A DNA stretch of 64,000 nt, from assembly GCA_964016885.1 (NCBI GenBank), contig OZ024741.1, forward strand, positions 260,710,001 through 260,774,000, written 5' to 3'. The position numbers and the translations under genes are program-made. The notes under the pieces were generated by a model. The model had not been told where the DNA came from, made no database searches, and worked only from the letters and a program-made list of their open reading frames with translations. This DNA is from Eledone cirrhosa (Eukaryota). This document shows, piece by piece, positions 56,301-64,000 of the stretch; the stretch's first letter is position 1; the number at the start of each line of letters is the position of its first letter.

Positions 56301-59300
56301 TTTTGACTTACGGTGTTTCGGCTTACGAGTGATTCGACTTACGAATGTTTTGACTTACGGGTGTTTCGGCTTGCGAGTGTTTCGACTTACGAGTGTTTCG
56401 GCTTATGAGTGTTTCGACTTACTAATGTTTTTACTTACGAGTGTTCTGACTTACGAGGGTTCCGACTTAAGAGTGTTCCGACTTACGAGTGTTTCGGCTT
56501 ACGAGTGTTTCCGGCTTACGAGTGTTTCGACTTACGAGTGTTTCGACTTACGAGTGTTTTGACTTACGGTGTTTCGACTTACGAGTGATTCGACTTACGA
56601 GTGTTTTGACTTACGGGTGTTTTGACTTACGGGTGTTGTGAATTACGAGTGTTCCGATTTACGAGTGTTTTGACTTACGGTGTTTCGGCTAACGAGTGAT
56701 TCGACTTACGAATGTTTTGACTTACGGGTGTTTCGGCTTACGAGTGTTTCGACTTACGAGTGTTTCGACTTACGGGTGTTTTGACTTAAGGGTGTTTCGA
56801 CTTACAAGTGTTTCGACTTAGGAGTGTTTCGACTTACGAGTGTTCTGACTTACGAGTGTTCTGATTTACGGATGTTTCGACATACGAGTGTTTCGACTTA
56901 CGAGTGTTTCGACTTACGAGTGTTTTGACTTACGGTGTTTCGGCTTACGAGTGTTTCGACATACGAGTGTTTTGACGTACGGGTGTTTCGACTTACGGGT
57001 GTTTCGACTTAAGAGTGTTTCGACTTACGAGCGCTTCGACTTACGAGTGTTTCGGCTTACGAGTGTTTCGGCGTATGAGTGTTTCGACTTACGAGTCTTT
57101 CGGCTTACGAGTGTTCCGACTTACTAATGTTTTAACTTACGAGTGTTTCGGCGTACGAGTGTTTCGACTTACGAGTGTTTCGACTTACGGGTGTTTTGAG
57201 TTACGGGTGTTTCGGCTTACGAGTGTTTCGACTTACGATTGTTTGGCTTACGAATGTTTCGGCTTACGAGTGTTTCGACTTACGAGAGTTTTGACTTACG
57301 GTGTTTCGGCTTACGAGTGTTTCGACTTACGAGTGTTTTGACTTACGGGTGTTTTGACATACGAGTGTTTCGATACGAGTGTTCTGACTTACGAGTGTTC
57401 TGACTTACGAGTGTTCTGACTTACGGGTGTTCTGACTTACGAGTGTTCCGACTTACGAGTGTTTCGGCTTATGAGGGTTTCGACTTACGAGTGCTTCGGC
57501 TTACGAGTGTTTCGACTTACGAGTGTTTCGGCTTACGAGTGTTTCGACTTACGAATGTTTTGGCTTACGAGTGTTTCGGCTTACGAGTGTTTCGACTTAC
57601 GAGTGTTTCGACTTACGAGTGTTTTGACTTACGGTGTTTCGGCTTACGAGTGTTTCGACATACGAGTGTTTTGACGTACGGGTGTTTCGACTTACGGGTG
57701 TTTCGACTTAAGAGTGTTTCGACTTACGAGCGCTTCGACTTACGAGTGTTTCGGCTTACGAGTGTTTCGGCGTATGAGTGTTTTGACTTACGAGTGTTTC
57801 GACTTACGAGTGTTTCGACTTACGAGTGTTTCGACTTACGAGTGTTTCGACTTACGAGTGTTTTGACTTACGAGTGTTTTGACTAACGGTGTTTCTACTT
57901 ACGAGTGTTTCGACTTACGAGTGTTATGACTTACGGGTGTTTTGACATACGAGTGTTTCGATACGAGTGTTTCGACTTACGAGTGTTACGAGTGTTCTGA
58001 CTTACGAGTGTTTCGACTTACGAGTGTTCTGACCTACGAGTGTTCTGACTTACGAGTGTTTCGACTTACGAGTGTTTTGACTTACGGGGGTTTCGACTTA
58101 CGAGTGTTTCGAGTTACGAGTGTTTCGAGTTACGAGTGTTTCGACTTACGAGTGTTTTTACTTACGAATGTTCTGACTTACGGGTGTTTCGGCTTACGAG
58201 TGTTTCGACTTACGAGTGTTTTAACTTACGGGTGTTTCTACTTACGCGTGTTTCGACTTGCAAGTGTTTCGACTTACGAGTGTTTCGACTTGCAAGTGTT
58301 TCGACTTACGAGTGTTTCGACTACGAATGATCCGACTTACGAGTGTTTCGACTTACGAGTGTTTCGACTTACGAGTGTTCTGACTTACGGGTGTTCCGAC
58401 TTACGAGTGTTTCGGCTTACGATTGTTTTGACTTACGATTGTTTTGGCTTACGAATGTTTCGACTTACGAGTGTTTCGACTTACGAGTGTTTTGACTTAC
58501 GAGTGTTTTGTCTTACGGGTGTTTTGACATACGAGTGTTTCGATACGAGTGTTCTGACTTACGAGTGTTCTGACTTACGAGTGTTCTGACTTACGAGTGT
58601 TCTGACTTACGGGTGTTCTGACTTACGAGTGTTCCGACTTACGAGTGATTCGGCTTATGAGGGTTTCGACTTACGAGTGCTTCGGCTTACGAGTGTTTCG
58701 ACCTACGAGTGTTTCGGCTTACGAGTGTTTTGACTTACGAATGTTTTGGCTTACGCGTGTTTCGGCTTACGAGTGTTTCGAATTACGAATGTTTCGACTT
58801 ACGAGTGTTTTGACTTACGGTGTTTCGGCTTACGAGTGTTTCGACTCACGAGAGTTTTAACTTACGGGTGTTTCGACTCACGCGTGTTTCGACTTACGAA
58901 TGTTCCGACTTACGAGTGTTTCGACTTACAAGTGTTTCGGCGTACGAGTGTTTCGACTTACGAGTGTTTTGACTTACGTGTGTTTCGGCTTACGAGTGTT
59001 TTGACTTACGAGTGTTTTGACTTACGAGTGTTTTGACTTACGGGTGTTTTGACATACGAGTGTTTCGATACGAGTGTTCTGACTTACGAGTGTTCTGACT
59101 TACGAGCGTTCTGACTTACGAGTGTTCTGACTTACGAGTGGTCTGACTTACGGGTGTTCTTACTTACGAGTGTTCCGACTTACGAGTGTTTCAGCTTATG
59201 AGTGTTTTTACTTACGAGTGTTTCGGTGTACGAGTGTTTCGACTTAAGGATGTTTCGACTTACGAGTGTTTCGACTTACGTGTGTTTCGGCTTACGTGAG

Positions 59301-60455
59301 TTTCGACTTAAGAGTGTTCTGATTTACGAGTGTTCTGACTTGCGGGTGTTCTGATTTACGAGTGTTCCGAATTACGAGTGTTTCGGCTTATGAGTGTTTC
59401 GACTTACGAGTGTTTCGGCTTACGAGTGTTTCGACTTATGGGTGTTTTGACTTACGAGTGTTTTTACTTACGGTGTTTCGGCTTACGAGTGTTTCGACAT
59501 ACGAGTGTTCAGACTTACGAGTGTTCCGACTTACGAGCGTTCCGACTTACGAGTGTTTCGACTTACGAGTGTTAAGACTTACGGGTGTTTTGACATACGA
59601 GTGTTTCGATACGAGTGTTCTGACTTACGAGTGTTCTGACTTACGAGTGTTTTGACTTACGAGTGTTCTGACTTACGAATGTTCCGACTTACGAGTGTTC
59701 CGACTTACGAGTGTTTCGGCTTACGAGTGTTTCCGGCTTACGAGTGTTTCGACTTACGAGTGTTTTGACTTACGGTGTTTCGGCTTACGAGTCATTCAAC
59801 TTACGAGTGTTTTGACTTACGGGTGTTTTGACTTACGGGTGTGGTGAATTACGAGTGTTCCGATTTACGAGTGTTTTGACTTACGGTGTTTCGGCTTACG
59901 AGTGATTCGACTTACGAATGTTTTGACTTACGGGTGTTTCGGCTTGCGAGTGTTTCGACTTACGAGTGTTTCGGCTTATGAGTGTTTCGACTTACTAATG
60001 TTTTTACTTACGAGTGTTCTGACTTACGAGGGTTCCGACTTAAGAGTGTTCCGACTTACGAGTGTTTCGGCTTACGAGTGTTTCCGGCTTACGAGTGTTT
60101 CGACTTACGAGTGTTTCGACTTACGAGTGTTTTGACTTACGGTGTTTCGACTTACGAGTGATTCGACTTACGAGTGTTTTGACTTACGGGTGTTTTGACT
60201 TACGGGTGTTGTGAATTACGAGTGTTCCGATTTACGAGTGTTTTGACTTACGGTGTTTCGGCTAACGAGTGATTCGACTTACGAATGTTTTGACTTACGG
60301 GTGTTTCGGCTTACGAGTGTTTCGACTTACGAGTGTTTCGACTTACGGGTGTTTTGACTTAAGGGTGTTTCGACTTACAAGTGTTTCGACTTAGGAGTGT
60401 TTCGACTTACGAGTGTTCTGACTTACGAGTGTTCTGATTTACGGATGTTTCGACA
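53310..60455 (+). repeat. Second instance of the 3573-bp tandem duplication, nested in the 41.8-kb-offset copy
   Basis: ORF pairs 53442/57015, 54369/57942 and 56329/59902 are offset by 3573. Confidence 0.9.
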
Positions 60456-60920
60456 TACGAGTGTTTCGACTTACGAGTGTTTCGACTTACGAGTGTTTTG
60501 ACTTACGGGTGTTTTGACATACGAGTGTTTCGATACGAGTGTTTCGACTTACGAGTGTTCTGAATTACGAGTGTTCTGACTTACGAGTGTTCTGAATTAC
60601 GAGTGTTCTGATTTACGAGTGTTCCGTCTTACGAGTCTTTCGGCTTACGAGTGTTTCGGCTTACGAGTGTTTCGACTTACGAGTGTTTCGACTTACGAGT
60701 GTTCCGACTTACGGGTGTTTCGACTTACGAGTGGTTTGGCTTACGGTGTTTCGGCTTACGAGTGTTTCGAGTTACGAGTGTTTTGACTTACGCGTGTTTT
60801 GACATACGAGTGTTTCGATACGAGTGTTCTGATTTACGAGTGTTCTGACTTACGAGTGTTCCGACTTTACGAGTGTTTCGGCTCACGAGTGTTTCGGCTT
60901 ACGAGTGTTTCGACTTACGA

Positions 60921-60997
60921 AAATAACAAATAGACGCGGTTTCAAATCTCTATGATTTTCAAATTCATTACATTAATCTTTATTTATACGTTTCGCT
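60921..60997. repeat. 77-bp AT-rich element, copy 10
   Basis: Same sequence as 416-492; 41,793 bp from copy 3. Confidence 0.95.
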
Positions 60998-63900
60998 TTA
61001 CGAGTGTTTCGACTTACGAGTGTTTCGACATACGAGTGTTTCGACTTCCGAATGTTTTTGCTTACGGGTGTTTCGACTTACGAATGTTTCGGCTTACGAG
61101 TGTTTCGGCTTACGAGTGTTCCGACTTAGGAGTGTTTCGGCTTACGAGTGTTTCCGACTTACGAGTGTTTCGACTTACGAGTGTTTCGACTTTCGAGTGT
61201 TTTGACTTACGGTGTTTCGGCTTACGAGTGATTCGACTTACGAGTGTTTTGACTTACGGGTGTTTTGACTTACGGGTGTTGTGAATTACGAGTGTTCCGA
61301 TTTACGAGTATTTTGGCTTACGGTGTTTCGGCTTGCGAGTGTTTCGACTTACGAGTGTTTCGGCTTATGAGTGTTTCGACTTACTAATGTTTTTACTTAC
61401 GAGTGTTTCGGCGTTCGAGTGTTTTGCCTTACGAGTGTTTCGACTTAAGAGTGTTTTGACTTACGAATGTTTTGACTTACGGGTGTTTCGGCTTATGAGT
61501 GTTTCGACTTACGAGTGTTTCGACTTATGAGTGTTTCGACTTACGAGTGTTCTGACTTACGAGTGTTCTGACTTACGAATGTTCCGACTTACGAGTGTTT
61601 CGGTTTACGAGTGTTTCGACATACGAGTGTTTTGACTTACGGGTGTTTCGACTTACGGGTGTTTCGAATTACGAGTGTTTCGGCTTACGAGTGTTTCGAC
61701 TTACTAATGTTTTTACTTACGAGTGTTTCGGTGTACGAATGTTTTGACTTAAGGATGTTTGGACTTACGAGTGTTTCGACTTACGAGTGTTTCGGCTTAC
61801 GTGAGTTTCGACTTAAGAGTGTTCTGATTTACGAGTGTTCTGACTTGCGGGTGTTCTGATTTACGAGTGTTCCGACTTACGAGTGTTTCGGCTTATGAGT
61901 GTTTCGATTTACGAGTGTTTCGGCTTACGAGTGTTTCGACTTATGGGTGTTTCGACTTACGAGTGTTTTTACTTACGGTGTTTCGGCTTACGAGTGTTTC
62001 GACATACGAGTGTTTTGACTTACGGGTGTTTCGACTTACGAGTGTTTTGACTTACGAATGTTTTGACTTACGGGTGTTTCGGCTTACGAGTGTTTCGACT
62101 TACGAGTCTTTCGGCTTACGAGTGTTTCGACTTACTAATGTTTTTACTTACGAGTGTTTCGACTTACGAGTGTTTCGACTTACGAGTGTTTTGACTTACG
62201 AATGTTTTGACTTACGGGTGTTTCGGCTTATGAGTGTTTCGACTTACGAGTCTTTCGGCTTACGAGTGTTTCGACTTACTAATGTTTTTACTTACGAGTG
62301 TTTCGGCGTACGAGTGTTTCGACTTACGAGTGTTTCGACTTACGGGTGTTTTGACTTAAGGGTGTTTCGGCTTACGAGTGTTTCGACTTACGAGTGTTTT
62401 GACTTAAGGGTGTTTCGACTTACGAGTATTTTTGGCTTACGAGTGTTTCGACTTACGAGTGTTTTGACTTACGAGTGTTCTGATTTACGGATGTTTCGAC
62501 ATACGAGTGTTTCGATTTACGAGTGTTTCGACTTATGAGTGTTTCGACTTACGAGTGTTTCGGCTTACGAGTGTTTCGACTTACGAGTGTTTTGACTTAC
62601 GGTGTTTCGGCTTACGAGTGTTTCGACTTACGAGTGTTTTGACTTACGGGTGTTTTGACATACGAGTGTTTCGATACGAGTGTTCTGACTTACGAGTGTT
62701 CTGACTTACGAGTGTTTTGACTTACGAGTGTTCTGACTTACGAGTGTTCCGACTTACGAGTGTTCCGACTTACGAGTGTTTCGGCTTACGAGTGTTTCCG
62801 GCTTACGAGTGTTTCGACTTCCGAGTGTTTTGACTTACGGTTTTTCGGCTTACGAGTGATTCGACTACGAGTGTTTTGACTTACGGGTGATTTGACTTAC
62901 GGGTGTTGTGAATTACGAGTGTTCCGATTTACGAGTGTTTTGACTTACGGTGTTTCGGCTTACGAGTGATTCGAGTTACGAATGTTTTGACTTACGGGTG
63001 TTTCGGCTTGCGAGTGTTTCGACTTACGAGTGTTTCGGCTTATGGGTGTTTCGACTTACTAATGTTTTTACTTACGAGTGTTTCGGCGTACGAGTGTTTT
63101 GACTTACGAGTGTTTCGACTTACGAGTGTTTCGACTTACGAGTGTTTCGGCTTACGTGAGTTTCGACTTAAGTGTGTTCTGATTTACGAGTGTTCTGACT
63201 TGCGGGTGTTCTGATTTACGAGTGTTCCGACTTACGAGTGTTTCGTCTTATGAGTGTTTCGACTTACGAGTGTTTCGGCTTACGAGTGTTTCGACTTATG
63301 GGTGTTTCGACTTACGAGTGTTTTTACTTACGGTGTTTCGGCTTACGAGTGTTTCGACATACGAGTGTTTTGACTTACGGGTGTTTCGACTTACGAGTGT
63401 TTTGACTTACGAATGTTTTGACTTACGGGTGTTTCGGCTTACGAGTGTTTCGACTTACGAGTGTTTCGGATTACGATTGTTTCGACTTACTAATGTTCTT
63501 ACTTACTAGTGTTTCGGCGTACGAGAGTTTTGACTTACGAGTGTTTCGAATTACGAGTGTTTCGACTTACGAGTGTTTTGACTTACGAATGTTTTGACTT
63601 ACGGGTGTTTCGGCTTACGAGTGTTTCGACTTACGAGTCTTTCGGCTTACGAGTGTTTCGACTTACTAATGTTTTTACTTACGAGTGTTTCGGCGTACGA
63701 GTGTTTCGACTTACGAGTGTTTCGACTAACGGGTGTATTGACTTACGGGTGTTTCGGCTTACGGGTGTTTTGACTTACGAGTGTTTTGACTTAAGGGTGT
63801 TTCGACTTACGAGTATTTTTGGCTTACGAGTGTTTCGACTTACGAGTGTTTTGACTTACGAGTGTTCTGATTTACGGATGTTTCGACATACGAGTGTTTC

Positions 63901-64000
63901 GACTTACGAGTGTTTCGACTTATGAGTGTTTCGACTTACGACTGTTTCGACTTACGAGTGTTTCGGCTTATGAGTGTTTCGACTTACGAGTGTTTCGACT

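Larger units (their letters stand above)
1..64000 (+). repeat. 16-bp tandem satellite array, consensus GACTTACGAGTGTTTC, single orientation, running off both window ends
   Basis: The monomer is visible on every line. Common variants are GAC>GGC, TTTC>TTTT/TTCT/TTCC and ACGA>ACGG. Occasional 14-, 15- and 17-bp monomers occur. No reverse-complement (GAAACACTCGTAAGTC) tract was seen. Confidence 0.99.
51302..64000 (+). repeat. At least 12.7-kb near-identical dispersed copy of about 9508-22190 (offset about 41,793)
   Basis: Identical ORFs at 9920/51713, 10454/52247, 12576/54369, 16149/57942 and 19159/60952. The offset becomes 41,809 by 21413/63222. Confidence 0.9.

Noticed and set aside
416-60997. 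Active site-specific mobile element inserting repeatedly into the satellite
   Set aside because: Copies share rare flanking variants, which indicates co-duplication from one event. There are no clear terminal inverted repeats, poly(A) tail or coding capacity.
146-63925. All ORFs in the six-frame track as protein-coding genes
   Set aside because: They are overlapping, out-of-frame translations of a stop-free 16-bp repeat. The period is not a multiple of 3, frameshifting 14/15/17-bp monomers are common, and there is no recognisable domain.
1-64000. CRISPR array (either the 16-mer or the 77-bp element as the direct repeat)
   Set aside because: The 16-mers have no spacers. The 77-bp elements are 0.4-12.7 kb apart, separated by satellite, and there are no cas genes.
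1-64000. Sequencing concatemer or synthetic artifact as the source of the whole array
   Set aside because: Variants recur in reproducible, hierarchically nested patterns of differing divergence, which random read error on one template would not produce. Individual large duplications still need read validation.

Overview
The whole 64 kb window is one head-to-tail satellite array of a 16-bp monomer (consensus GACTTACGAGTGTTTC, 7/16 GC, about 3,900-4,000 copies), all in one orientation. I find no credible protein-coding gene, RNA gene or CRISPR array. Every listed ORF is the satellite read in register: the + strand consensus has no stop codon, while the - strand has TAA in every monomer. The only non-satellite DNA is a 77-bp AT-rich element present 10 times, nearly identical, bounded by a TTACGA direct repeat whose removal restores an intact monomer. 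Variant monomers reveal nested higher-order duplications with offsets of about 112, 699, 1340-1370, 3573, 4165, 11.8-12.5 kb, 18.7/22.9 kb and 41.8 kb, and their relative order can be partly worked out. This looks like eukaryotic heterochromatic satellite (centromeric, pericentromeric or subtelomeric). The organism and function cannot be determined from sequence alone, and I found no gene-encoded system. Large-block boundaries were estimated by eye from ORF-track offsets and marker variants.
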